Sequence record: MK308675.1
DNA length: 64,000 bases
Direction: 5' to 3' (one strand)
Shown: positions 37,180 through 46,996 of the stretch, piece by piece
Layout: every line of letters begins with the position of its first letter
How positions within the stretch are numbered: the stretch's first letter is position 1
The notes under the pieces: model-generated
The model's input: only the letters and a program-made list of their open reading frames with translations
The model's database searches: none
What the model was told of the DNA's origin: nothing
Made by a program: the position numbers and the translations under genes

Positions 37180-38355
37180 ATGAATATTAAAGTTGAAGTA
37201 GGTACCCTAGTTACACATCTAACGATTGGGTCAATTGTACTTAACGTCACGGGCTCTACGCATGAACTCGTTGACTTAAGCGGGGATAATTCTGGCGACC
37301 CCGTGACGATACGTCGCAAAGACAACCAGCAAAAAGAAATTAAATCGGCAGCTTTGTCCGACTTTAAACAAAGCGATGGCTCCACTGCCCTCTTAACAGA
37401 AACAGGCATTAATGGCTTTAATGAACTAAAAGGCATCTTGTTTGACGACAATGCTTTGGACGCCAGCGACATTGAAGACTTTACGTCCGCTGTTCAAGCT
37501 GTAGCGGGTTCAGGCGGAGGAACGTTCCCTTCTAGTGGCGATGCAGGTACCCCGGCGGATTCTACAGTCAGTCCTATTACCGGTAAGACCTTTGGTGACA
37601 TCCAAGGTAAAGGCGTTGCGGAAGCAATCATGGAAGCATGGTTCCCTTCTGTTGTTCCCAACCAAGTAGCGCCTATTTTAGGTTTCACGTCTGGCTTAAC
37701 AACAGCCGTTCTGGCCGGCAGCGATGTTTCTATGAATCTAGAATGGGCCTTTACGGCCAATGATTCTCAGGGTAAAACACCAGACCCTTATGTTTTAACT
37801 GCTGCACCTGGCGTGGGAGCACCGACGGTTCTTAACCCGGCGGATACGGATACGATTGCCACTTTAAACTTAACCGACGTAACTTCTAACTACGTTATAA
37901 GCTTGGAAGGCGACTATTTAGAAGGTGTCGTGCCTCAGGATAATTACGGAAACGACCAACCGGGGTCGCGTTTACCTGCCGGTACAGCTCAGACTAGCTT
38001 TACGCTTATTCCTTTCTGGAAAACTCACCACGGCCTAGTAGCGACAAATACAGTTTTAGAAACGGACTCGGCGCTTCTACGTACCCAGCTGAATAACCTA
38101 TCTGGGGAACAACAAGGAGCTATGACGTCTTTCTCTAATTTGACTATCGGCGCAGGGCAAGATTATCTAATTTGTATCCCTGGCACATACACTTCTGTAA
38201 ATGCCGTCCGTGCCGGTTTCCCGGTTAACATCGCGTCAGTTGAAGGTCAAATCACGCCAGATAACTACGCTGGGAGCGGGACCAATACATACACCGTTAT
38301 ACGCATCGAAGGACGGGCCGCTGACTCTGTTATCGATACATTGACTATATCTTAA
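37180..38355 (+). CDS. Putative virion fibre/decoration protein (T/G/S-rich)
   Basis: Start after SD GAGG; composition; position in the fibre island. Confidence 0.55.
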   Translation: MNIKVEVGTLVTHLTIGSIVLNVTGSTHELVDLSGDNSGDPVTIRRKDNQQKEIKSAALSDFKQSDGSTALLTETGINGFNELKGILFDDNALDASDIEDFTSAVQAVAGSGGGTFPSSGDAGTPADSTVSPITGKTFGDIQGKGVAEAIMEAWFPSVVPNQVAPILGFTSGLTTAVLAGSDVSMNLEWAFTANDSQGKTPDPYVLTAAPGVGAPTVLNPADTDTIATLNLTDVTSNYVISLEGDYLEGVVPQDNYGNDQPGSRLPAGTAQTSFTLIPFWKTHHGLVATNTVLETDSALLRTQLNNLSGEQQGAMTSFSNLTIGAGQDYLICIPGTYTSVNAVRAGFPVNIASVEGQITPDNYAGSGTNTYTVIRIEGRAADSVIDTLTIS

Positions 38356-38365
38356 GGAGCTAGAC

Positions 38366-39169
38366 ATGTATATTGAAAAGTTTCCAGCTGCCTTTGAACC
38401 TTCCGTAAATGTACCCTTAGACAAAAGAACTAAGATAGCTGACATTACTTCGGCAGATGCCGTTTTCTTGGCAACAGCCTATGTGGGCCTTGTTGTTTAT
38501 GATGAGGCTACAAGTACTCTTTTTAAAATCACTTCGACGGACGGCACACAAGACAACTTGACTTATGAAGAGTTAGGTGGCGGCTGAGTACCTACGTATT
38601 TTGCCGGACTTAGAACCACTGCTGACGAAGTCACTATGTCTGCTTCTGGGTTTGAGGCACTCGCCCACGGCGGGGCTAAGCAAAACCAGGTCTTTTTCGA
38701 TAGCGGGGAGGATGACCTAGGTGACCTCATTACTGCTCAGCCTATGTTGGCAACTATTCCTGCCGGGAGTTATAAGGTCGGAGACCAAATCCGTATAAAA
38801 CGCGTGATGACCATTACGCCTCAAGTTAACGGTACTCGCGGCACTAAGAACGCATACCCTACGGGGGCAAGTGACCAATACGCCTTTGTTGTAGAAAATC
38901 CGCCTAGTTCTGCGTTCGAGTTAGGTTCTGGAATTGGCGGCGATACCCATCTATACCCTCGTATCTTTAAAGAAGGCGCCGGGTATTGGGTAAGTAACCT
39001 AGGACATTCGCATGTAGTTGAAATTAACCACGGCCATGAGGCTAGTTTCTCAGGCTATCAAACCACCATCAACGACTTAACTATTTCTTACAAGAAAGGG
39101 ATGAGTCAGGCGGAAATTGATTTAAGGCAACCTACGTACTACTGTAATACCTTTATGGTTATTTACTAA
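38366..39169 (+). CDS. Fibre-tip-like protein interrupted by a single in-frame TGA at 38585-38587
   Basis: ORFs 38366..38587 and 38636..39169 are in the same frame; the intervening 16 codons are open; SD AAGGAG only at 38366. Confidence 0.55.
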
Positions 39170-39183
39170 AGAAAATAAGAAAC

Positions 39184-39209
39184 TCCCTCTAGTCCTAGGA
39201 CTAGAGGGA
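39184..39209. terminator. Bidirectional terminator (near-perfect palindrome)
   Basis: 12-bp stem around TA between convergent genes. Confidence 0.8.
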
Positions 39210-39215
39210 TTATTT

Positions 39216-40601
39216 CTATTTGTCTTCTTTTAGGCAGATGGTTTGGTCTGCGCGGCGGACATCTAACTTATCGATTTCGTCACGGTAACCATGTAGTTTA
39301 AAGCCAAGGTTAAGCGTTTCCATTTTGTTGAGCATGTCTTGAGCAATGCGTCGCACCGTCGGATGGACAGTAGGCCCGGACCTAAGCTCGGCCGTATAAA
39401 CAGCATTGTCGATTGGGTAAGACGTTTCCGTTGCAACGCGGTAACCCATCGGTATGATGTATTCCCAGTCCCAATGTTCGTTGTCGCCCCAGCCATGTAC
39501 CGTTAAGTCCATGTAGGTCTTGTGGATTTTATCCAGTAAAGCTTCTACGATAGAACGAGCTTCTTCAGGCATTTGCTCTAGGTACCACGGTTCGAAACCA
39601 ATCTGTGTGCCTAGCGGACTACGAGAAGTATTGCCTTTACGATGGCGGTTTAGGTCACGGTAACCGCCGAAGTCAACATTGTAGTTGAACTTAAGACGTC
39701 CGAAGTTACCTAGGTAGTCGGCCAGAGGAGCATACTTAGGGCGCTCTGCTAGATGACGTGCCCATTGTTGGATGCCTACAGAGTCCAGTAGACGAGAGTC
39801 CATATGAACCTGTCCGATGGCATCACGATGTGTTGGTGGGACAGCTGCGCTCGGCATCATCTGATGGTTAGCGCGGTGCTGCATAGACGCCCACATAGCG
39901 ATGTCGTCCGTTAGCGAAGTAAACGACTCTGGGTAGCGTTCACAAAGACTAGCGTGCATGTCACGAGCCATCAGGCGCACTTCTTCGTTAGGGTGGCCCC
40001 ATAGAACACGAAGGACGTAAGAAGCGTTCTGTAGGTCTACGTCCCAAACGCCTACAGTTTTACAACCAGCAGGAAGAAGAGAGCGACAGATGTCAAACTT
40101 ACGAGCGTTCAATGTAGCGTCCCATTTCTTATCGCTTACGCCTTCTGGTTTAGTTAGCGTAGCTTTAAGATGGTCGAACACCATAGGCTGGATGATTTCG
40201 TAGACAGACATTGTCTCTTCAATCAGTGGACGGAAACGTTCCATTGTTTCGGGTAGATAAACGCCTTCTGCTTCAAAAGGAATATATCGTGTAGAAGCTT
40301 CAGTGCCTTTATAAAGAGGATTAAGGTTTTGCAGTTCGTTAATAGCAATCATAGAGACGCCAGAAACGAAGACTTTCGTGTGTCCCTGTTTGCCTACCGA
40401 TTCGTGACCATAGCCCAAATAAATCGATTTCATGAAGCGCTCAGGGCCTTCGGCCATAACTTTGGCAAGGTTGCCTTTAGGCCCTTCCTGAGAGCGAGAA
40501 CAAAGAGCAGACAACATGGCGGATGCTTGAGCGTCTAGATTGTAGTCGGCTGCGTCGACAACGCTAACTTGACGTTCTGCTGTTTCTGATTTAAATGTCA
40601 T
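39216..40601 (-). CDS. thyX: Flavin-dependent thymidylate synthase, tandem two-domain type
   Basis: YGHESV, EASTRY, RSLLP, YRDLNRHR, ELRS...HP..R.IA. Confidence 0.8.
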   Translation of the reverse strand: MTFKSETAERQVSVVDAADYNLDAQASAMLSALCSRSQEGPKGNLAKVMAEGPERFMKSIYLGYGHESVGKQGHTKVFVSGVSMIAINELQNLNPLYKGTEASTRYIPFEAEGVYLPETMERFRPLIEETMSVYEIIQPMVFDHLKATLTKPEGVSDKKWDATLNARKFDICRSLLPAGCKTVGVWDVDLQNASYVLRVLWGHPNEEVRLMARDMHASLCERYPESFTSLTDDIAMWASMQHRANHQMMPSAAVPPTHRDAIGQVHMDSRLLDSVGIQQWARHLAERPKYAPLADYLGNFGRLKFNYNVDFGGYRDLNRHRKGNTSRSPLGTQIGFEPWYLEQMPEEARSIVEALLDKIHKTYMDLTVHGWGDNEHWDWEYIIPMGYRVATETSYPIDNAVYTAELRSGPTVHPTVRRIAQDMLNKMETLNLGFKLHGYRDEIDKLDVRRADQTICLKEDK

Positions 40602-41362
40602 TATTCTATCTCTTTTAGTAGTGCGGATTGTTCGCGATATTTATTAAAATGGTCAGCCCAAAGCATTTCGATTACGTTCGGTTTAAGCTGACGATGTGCC
40701 TCAATTAATGTCTCTAGTCTTTCTTTTCTGCATGACCAATAATAGTCGAAAGCCAGACGCAAAGTTGGAAAGGTTCGATTCTTTCCGTTTCTTGGGTTAA
40801 CATTATAGATAACGTTTTCGTTGGACGAGTTACCTTTTGGGTAAATGCCGGTTAACTTCCCTGCTGTATTTCTTTCGGCCAGAGAAGCATTGATGGCTCT
40901 AGGTAATAAGACGCAGGTTTCGGGAGAATAGAGTCGAAGTCCTTGTCCCACGAGGTCTTTGTCCACTTCCCAGACATCTTTACCTGTAGGTTGATTTTCT
41001 GTAAACCACTTTGCCCAGACTTGAAAATTCCACCAAGATTTGTCTACTTCGACGCCTTTATAAAACAACCACCTAGGGCCTTTCTCATCATAGCACCTTT
41101 GGAACGTATTTCTCCATATGTTAAATAAATGCTTGCCTCGAAAGCGCGTCTTTGATGTAAAGTCACCTTCTCCTAGAAAGCCCCTTCCGTAGACGGATGG
41201 GAAATAGGGGTCTCGTAGTTGTCCGTTCTCAGCCTTGTGTTTCGTCGTCCACTTAACGTAGCCGGTAAGGAGAAAGGAGACCCTTACCCGTTTACAGGTA
41301 ACAATTTCTTCTATCCTAAAAGAACCTGTTCTCTGTGAAGCGTAGGTATCTCCTATATTCAT
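40601..41362 (-). mobile_element. Free-standing HNH-type homing endonuclease
   Basis: PSVYGRGFLG, WRNTFQRCY, WWNFQVWAKWF, VDKDL....YSPETCVLLP..IN. Confidence 0.75.
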
Positions 41363-41373
41363 AATCTATTTCT

Positions 41374-41958
41374 CTATTCTGCATCAAGAGGAGCGTCTGC
41401 GTCACTGAGTCCGTTCTCTCTTGCTGCTTTCTTTTGTTGATTGATAAGTTGGAAATCGGAAGGGATGTACTTAGGGCGGATGTGTCCGTAATCTAGCATA
41501 ACCGGGCGCGTTACTCCTTCGTGGGTTAACATGCCCCAGTTAGCATCGTGTACGTCTTCCAGGAAGTCTGGAATCATCTCCGGGATATCTTCCGGAGCGA
41601 TAGGGTCGCACTTAAGCATGACTAAGTAACGGCCGCAATCTGAAATATCCGCAACGGGACAGAACCACTTAGCTAGCTCCGGCTTGTCCCTTACTTGAGA
41701 CCACACGTCCCATTCTCGAATGTTATCCGAGATTCCATAGAAACGTCCGCTTTCATAGAAGCAAGCTACCTTGACGACCTTAGGTTGACTGTAGTTGTCT
41801 TCTTTACCTTCTCCTAATAAAGGAGAGCGCATTGAAAAGCAGAACTTACCTCCGTTTAAGTCAAAGACCTTTCTAGAGGTTCCTTTTGGATAAGCGTGAG
41901 GTAAAAGAAACTTAAGTAAGTCCTCTTTATCCTCAGGCAATATGTCACCGTTGCGCAT
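41374..41958 (-). CDS. Minimal protein-kinase-like phosphotransferase
   Basis: VVKV Lys, N.REW Glu, catalytic D-V-H-D-A-N (DxxxxN), DYG. Confidence 0.65.
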   Translation of the reverse strand: MRNGDILPEDKEDLLKFLLPHAYPKGTSRKVFDLNGGKFCFSMRSPLLGEGKEDNYSQPKVVKVACFYESGRFYGISDNIREWDVWSQVRDKPELAKWFCPVADISDCGRYLVMLKCDPIAPEDIPEMIPDFLEDVHDANWGMLTHEGVTRPVMLDYGHIRPKYIPSDFQLINQQKKAARENGLSDADAPLDAE

Positions 41959-41966
41959 AGTTTACC

Positions 41967-42593
41967 TTACAAGAAATGATTGATGCGACGATACGCCATT
42001 AGCATGCAGCCCACTGCGGTATCAACTTCTTTATTAATTGACCATGTTTGCATGACTTCGTCCCACACATATGGGAACGCGGCTTTATCTGCCTTGGTTA
42101 GGAGACGATATTCTCGAGGAGGACATTTATTTCCTCGGCAACGGGCCACCGACCATTCAAGTCCATCTAGCGGAAGGTAGTTACACATCAATCCTTCGAC
42201 GCAAGTTTTATCCGATAATTCCGGAACGCACTGGTTGTCGACAATAGCGATGAAGTCGGCTGACGTACTTGCATATGCCACCATGATTTCTATGCTCATT
42301 GAGGCAATTTCTACATGAGGGATAACCACAACTTTAATAAAGCCGTTTTCAGCTTTTATAGCTAGACGGAATAGACCATCCCGATAGACTTCTTTATAGT
42401 AGTCTTCGTTCAGTACGCCACCCGTGAAGGTTAAAGGCATCGTTGTGCCGTCCGCTTCGGTTAGCGTGATAGTGAACTGGTCGGAAATAGCAGCTACCTT
42501 CACGTCGTGATAAGGCGGCTTCCATTCAAAGCGTTGAACTTGTCCGGCTTTACCGGACAGTTCTAGCTCTTCAATGATTCTGCGAGCTTCCAT
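41967..42593 (-). CDS. Hypothetical protein
   Basis: 208 aa. Confidence 0.7.
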   Translation of the reverse strand: MEARRIIEELELSGKAGQVQRFEWKPPYHDVKVAAISDQFTITLTEADGTTMPLTFTGGVLNEDYYKEVYRDGLFRLAIKAENGFIKVVVIPHVEIASMSIEIMVAYASTSADFIAIVDNQCVPELSDKTCVEGLMCNYLPLDGLEWSVARCRGNKCPPREYRLLTKADKAAFPYVWDEVMQTWSINKEVDTAVGCMLMAYRRINHFL

Positions 42594-42595
42594 AG

Positions 42596-43777
42596 TTAAC
42601 CTGCTTGTATGGTTTCAGTGCGGTTATCCGTAAGGAAGACGACGAGAGGTGAGCCGTAGCCTTTCTCGGGCATGTCAACGACATATTCGCAGTCGTTGGA
42701 TACCTGGCTGCGTTTAATGACATCGAACTCTTCCCATTCATCGGTGGCTAGATTCTTAGCCATAGCGCCCTCAATGCGAGTGGTGTCCGGACACGCGGAA
42801 GCGCGATAGTGGTTCGAGTATAAGTTCTTAAGGGAGAATGTCCGGCCCATGATTTGGTTAGCTTCAAACGGAAGGTCGCTCTTGCACGTCAGGACGTCTA
42901 CTTTCAATACAGAGTCTGCATCGCCAACCGAATTTGCCATCAGTGCGATACGTGAAAGCGCGCGCCCTGCTTTGCCGCTCGAAAGATTCCAAGATAGGTG
43001 ACAATCCTCAGTCAAGACAGAGCAGCTTGTTCTTCTTTCAAAGGTTACCGGAATTCGAGCAATAGCGTCTTTTGTTGGGACGTCTACTTGGACCACCGAA
43101 ATCGGGAAGTCGCCTATCTTTTCGATGCGACCTACCATTTCACCAGCTGGCACGTCTAGTTCAAATCTTACTACTTTCATTTTCTCTGTTCCTTCCTCGC
43201 TGCCGCCTTTCTCGCGACTCTTAAGTTCTTTCCAAACACGGTAACCTTTAAGGTTAAGTGCGTTGTCACCGTGCTCACCGTTAACTACGATGCGCACACA
43301 TAGTTCATGACCGTATAGTTCCGACTTACCACACTTACTTACGGCGTTACCGTCGAACAGCGGACCTTTAGCCATTTGCTCTAGTACTTCTTCTGCTTCC
43401 CCAGAAAGAGTATCTGCGATGTAAAGCACTTCTGCTTCCATGATGATGTCTTCAGCTTCAGCGAAGATTGAGTTGTACTCGCTACGGATATACTCCATGC
43501 CATAAATCGCGATTTCCGGACGGCACATCAGGACTTGAAGAGTCTCTACGCAGTCTTCGCAGAAGTTATCGTTATAACGCTCTAACATGAAGGCTTTAAA
43601 CTTGATGATTTCTTTACTAAGTTTGACGTAGTCTTTTACCAAACTAGGGATGTCAACTTTAATGCGGTGAGCTTCTAGTTTAGCGACTAGCTCTTTCTCG
43701 TCGTAGACTTTACCTGACTCAGAAATGCGACTGTGAAGAAAAGAAGGATTAATCCCTTTTAAGTGTTTTAAGTACAT
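42596..43777 (-). CDS. Hypothetical protein
   Basis: 393 aa; SD AGGAG. Confidence 0.75.
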   Translation of the reverse strand: MYLKHLKGINPSFLHSRISESGKVYDEKELVAKLEAHRIKVDIPSLVKDYVKLSKEIIKFKAFMLERYNDNFCEDCVETLQVLMCRPEIAIYGMEYIRSEYNSIFAEAEDIIMEAEVLYIADTLSGEAEEVLEQMAKGPLFDGNAVSKCGKSELYGHELCVRIVVNGEHGDNALNLKGYRVWKELKSREKGGSEEGTEKMKVVRFELDVPAGEMVGRIEKIGDFPISVVQVDVPTKDAIARIPVTFERRTSCSVLTEDCHLSWNLSSGKAGRALSRIALMANSVGDADSVLKVDVLTCKSDLPFEANQIMGRTFSLKNLYSNHYRASACPDTTRIEGAMAKNLATDEWEEFDVIKRSQVSNDCEYVVDMPEKGYGSPLVVFLTDNRTETIQAG

Positions 43778-43834
43778 CGTGGTTCTCCTAAATAAGTTAC
43801 ATATTATCGCCGATGGCTCTTATTTTTAACACCA

Positions 43835-43844
43835 AATCTTATAG
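43835..43844 (+). promoter_or_regulatory. Candidate late promoter AATCTTATAG
   Basis: Upstream of the internal head protein; preceded by TTTTTAAC. Confidence 0.5.
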
Positions 43845-43871
43845 ACCTTACTATTAACTTTAAGAGAGACC

Positions 43872-45113
43872 ATGACAATGGATATCCGCGAATCGATTAA
43901 TGCCGCACTAAATGCTAATCGCCTAGAAAACGCTGAAACATTTACTGTAGCCGAGACTCAGCAACTTATGACTGAGTTCACTACTCTAGCTAAAGAACAC
44001 TTCGAAGCATCTAACGTTCTAGCTGCTCTTGAGAGACTCATGGTTGAGTCTAAAGGTGCTAAGCCACAACTTGTACTGTCACAAGCAAACATGCTCTTAG
44101 GGGAGCGCTGGGAGCTTTCTCTACCTTCCATGGAATCGTACGACGAACTAACTACCGAAGTTGCAATGGAAGGTATTGTGGATGTCGGTAAGAAGATTCT
44201 TAAGTTCGTTAAAGACACAGCTAAGTCACTTAAGAAGAAAGGCAAGGTGTTCTTCCGTGCTTTAGGTAACCTATTCCGTAACGACTACCAAATCGCTCAA
44301 GACGTTCTAGCGGAGCTAAATGGTAAACCTGACTTTAAAGAAGGCGAACTTAGCTTTAGCGACGGTGGTCAATTCTTCATGGGTGAAGGTGTGGAATACC
44401 GCACTGCTGCTGAAGTAGTGACTGCGATGGCTTCTAACATTCTTACTCTAGACGCTGAGCGTTTTAATAAGCTATTCTCAGATGCAGCTAAAGCAGTAGC
44501 ATTTGCTGAGAACGATGCGGCCATGAATATCAGTGAAGTTACTAAGCACTGCATTGAGACCATGAACCTCAATCATACTTCTGACCACGATGAGAAAGCG
44601 TACTACATCACTGACGGTAAAGTACCAGGTAGCTGGAAATACAGCGCAGTAACTGAGAAAGCAGTTGTGGGCGGTCAGATTGCCGAATTCCTTATGGAAG
44701 GCGACTCTATTCTGCCGCGCCGTCGCGGTGGCATTAAGATGCAGGCGATGACTGAAGAAGAAGTACGTGCAGTTTGTGACGTAATCATGAAGTACTCTCA
44801 GCATGGACAGAACTTAGTTTCCGTTATGGCTGACCGTTACTGGGATACTGTGGCTTACATGGATAAAGTAGATAGCTCCATGTGGGAAACTCACGAGTAC
44901 ACGGATTACGAGAAAGACGAAGATGGTAACGATGTAGAAATCACTACGACCATCACTTACGACTTAGCTCGCAATGAACAACACTGGAAAGCATACGTTC
45001 GCATTTCTAATGTGTTCTGGGTAACCATGCATTACCTAAACGCTCTATTCAGTCACGCTAGTAACTGTAACAAAGCAATGGCCGAAATGGCTCAGTCTTC
45101 TTACGAAGTATAA
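43872..45113 (+). CDS. phiKZ-type internal head (ejection) protein with propeptide
   Basis: LSLPSMES...VAMEGIVDVGKKILKF pattern with S/A-x-E cleavage sites followed by a basic amphipathic helix. Confidence 0.75.
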   Translation: MTMDIRESINAALNANRLENAETFTVAETQQLMTEFTTLAKEHFEASNVLAALERLMVESKGAKPQLVLSQANMLLGERWELSLPSMESYDELTTEVAMEGIVDVGKKILKFVKDTAKSLKKKGKVFFRALGNLFRNDYQIAQDVLAELNGKPDFKEGELSFSDGGQFFMGEGVEYRTAAEVVTAMASNILTLDAERFNKLFSDAAKAVAFAENDAAMNISEVTKHCIETMNLNHTSDHDEKAYYITDGKVPGSWKYSAVTEKAVVGGQIAEFLMEGDSILPRRRGGIKMQAMTEEEVRAVCDVIMKYSQHGQNLVSVMADRYWDTVAYMDKVDSSMWETHEYTDYEKDEDGNDVEITTTITYDLARNEQHWKAYVRISNVFWVTMHYLNALFSHASNCNKAMAEMAQSSYEV

Positions 45114-45130
45114 AAAGAAAAATAAGATAG

Positions 45131-45155
45131 CTCTCCTCTGCATTGCAGAGGAGAG
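45131..45155. terminator. Bidirectional terminator
   Basis: 11-bp stem; flanks shared with 12295. Confidence 0.8.
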
Positions 45156-45161
45156 TATTAT

Positions 45162-45809
45162 CTATTTAAAGTCTCGGCTTAACCAATGCAGAGTAGCCTT
45201 TACCTTTTCAGCGGTTTCTTCAATAGTGCCTGAAGAATCTACCATAGCGGCATGGTCTGTCTTGGCCGCCAAATCCATGAACTTTAAACGAGCTCGCTGG
45301 AAGAAAGCCAGTCCGGACATTTCGATGCGGTCTAGCTCACCACGGCCACGGGCACGTTCCATCCCTAACATTGGGTCGACATCCATGTAGATGTAGAAGT
45401 CAGGCTCAAAGCCACCTAGTGCCACATCGCGAATGGGCATTAACTGGCAGTCAGGAATGCCGCGACCTGCACCTTGGTACGCTAAGGTAGACCAATCGTG
45501 TCGGTCACCGATAACTAACTTACCTTTCATAAGGGCAGGTTTAATGACGTTCTCTACTAACTGAACTCGAGCTGCGTACATCATGAGAAGCTCCGTTCGG
45601 TCATTGAGTACCTCGCCTTCATGTTCTTGCTTTACAAGAGCACGAAGTTTCTCGGCTAACACCGTACCGCCTGGTTCACGAACACACACGATGTCGTCTG
45701 GTGAAATACCGACGGAAATGGCATAATCTTTAATTGCTTGAATGGCAGTTGACTTACCTGCGCCTTCTAGACCTTCGATTACAATAAAGCGGCCGTACTT
45801 TGAAATCAC
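45162..45809 (-). CDS. tmk: Thymidylate kinase
   Basis: FIVIEGLEGAGKST, REPGG, YAARVQ, DRH..ST.AYQG; GTG start after GGAG. Confidence 0.95.
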   Translation of the reverse strand: MISKYGRFIVIEGLEGAGKSTAIQAIKDYAISVGISPDDIVCVREPGGTVLAEKLRALVKQEHEGEVLNDRTELLMMYAARVQLVENVIKPALMKGKLVIGDRHDWSTLAYQGAGRGIPDCQLMPIRDVALGGFEPDFYIYMDVDPMLGMERARGRGELDRIEMSGLAFFQRARLKFMDLAAKTDHAAMVDSSGTIEETAEKVKATLHWLSRDFK

Positions 45810-46426
45810 GCTGGTTCTCCTGTTACTTCTGTGAACACGGGATAGTTGGAAAGGAAACGGAACAGTTCGTCGGTTGTTGCGCCTAAAGGTGACGCCGTAT
45901 CGATGAAGCACGCGGCACGTCCGTGAATGGCGTAACTGTAAACGAATCTCTGTTCGCCCGTCCTAGGGTTGACAATCATGCTAGGCGTTGGCGCTAGGCG
46001 GATTGTGAAGCGGTCGTCGAGCATCGGGTCATAAGCCGTAATGGGTGAACCTCCCAAGAGCGCTTCGTACGCATCGAACGTCACTTCGCCAGGAGGCGCA
46101 TAGTTCGCATCGATGTAACGAACTTGTGGAGCCACGAAAGACGGCTCTGCGAATTCCGTATAGTGGAAGTACGTCTTATTGCGAGAGTTGATTTCGAACT
46201 CGATGTCCGCAGACGCAGTTAGGTCAAATCGCTGCAGATTGCCAGCGTCGACGTAGTCCACAAAACTGTCCGGACGCAGTCGAACTTGAAACAGCTTACC
46301 TTCGGCATCTACAGAACGACATTCCCAGATGCGGTACACTACGCCGTTCAGTAAGTTGGTTAAGTAGCGAGGCATCTGCGTACCTGCCGCTATGCGTCGG
46401 AAGATTTCCATTAAGTCTTCTTGCAT
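45806..46426 (-). CDS. Hypothetical protein
   Basis: 206 aa; SD GGAG. Confidence 0.7.
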   Translation of the reverse strand: MQEDLMEIFRRIAAGTQMPRYLTNLLNGVVYRIWECRSVDAEGKLFQVRLRPDSFVDYVDAGNLQRFDLTASADIEFEINSRNKTYFHYTEFAEPSFVAPQVRYIDANYAPPGEVTFDAYEALLGGSPITAYDPMLDDRFTIRLAPTPSMIVNPRTGEQRFVYSYAIHGRAACFIDTASPLGATTDELFRFLSNYPVFTEVTGEPA

Positions 46427-46441
46427 GGTGGTTTCTCCAAG

Positions 46442-46996
46442 TTAAAGTTTAATGCCTAGCTTACGTAAAGCGTAGACTTCGTCGTCGTTTAATTCAACAG
46501 ATTCTGCGATTGTGTTTTCTATGCCCTTATAAACATCGCTTAGCTTTTCTCGCCACTGGTCACGTTCTACTTTAAAGGGCGCCAAGGCAATGCGTTCGGA
46601 ACCAATAGTTCTTAAGTGGTGTTCGGGAACCTCTCCCTCAGGAACTGGCAACCACGTCACATCGCCATACTTCTCTACCGTCTCTTCCGTGACGTTGAAA
46701 CGAAGAATTTTGAAGTTCACTTTATGGTTGTCTGCATTAGGCCACTGCTGAGGAAGCATCTTTTCCTCAGTCTCGTAAAATACTTGACTCTCAGAGAGGA
46801 GTTCCTTTGTGCGGGCACAGTGCCCTGAGAAGTCCGCTTTAGGGTATCGGTCAGGATGGAACAGGTCTCTCATTGGTTCCGAGATTTCCCGGGCCAAGTT
46901 AAAGGCATCGGCCGTTGGGCCGCACGTATAGCAGAGTTCGCGATACTTCGGCTCAATGAGGCGCTTAAGCGCCTCAGGTCGGTAGGTTAAACGCAT
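46442..46996 (-). CDS. Hypothetical protein
   Basis: 184 aa. Confidence 0.7.
   Translation of the reverse strand: MRLTYRPEALKRLIEPKYRELCYTCGPTADAFNLAREISEPMRDLFHPDRYPKADFSGHCARTKELLSESQVFYETEEKMLPQQWPNADNHKVNFKILRFNVTEETVEKYGDVTWLPVPEGEVPEHHLRTIGSERIALAPFKVERDQWREKLSDVYKGIENTIAESVELNDDEVYALRKLGIKL

Noticed and set aside
30232-39209. Near-loopless palindromes as N4-type hairpin promoters or inversion sites
   Set aside because: They sit between convergent stops, as expected of terminators, and no recombinase is present
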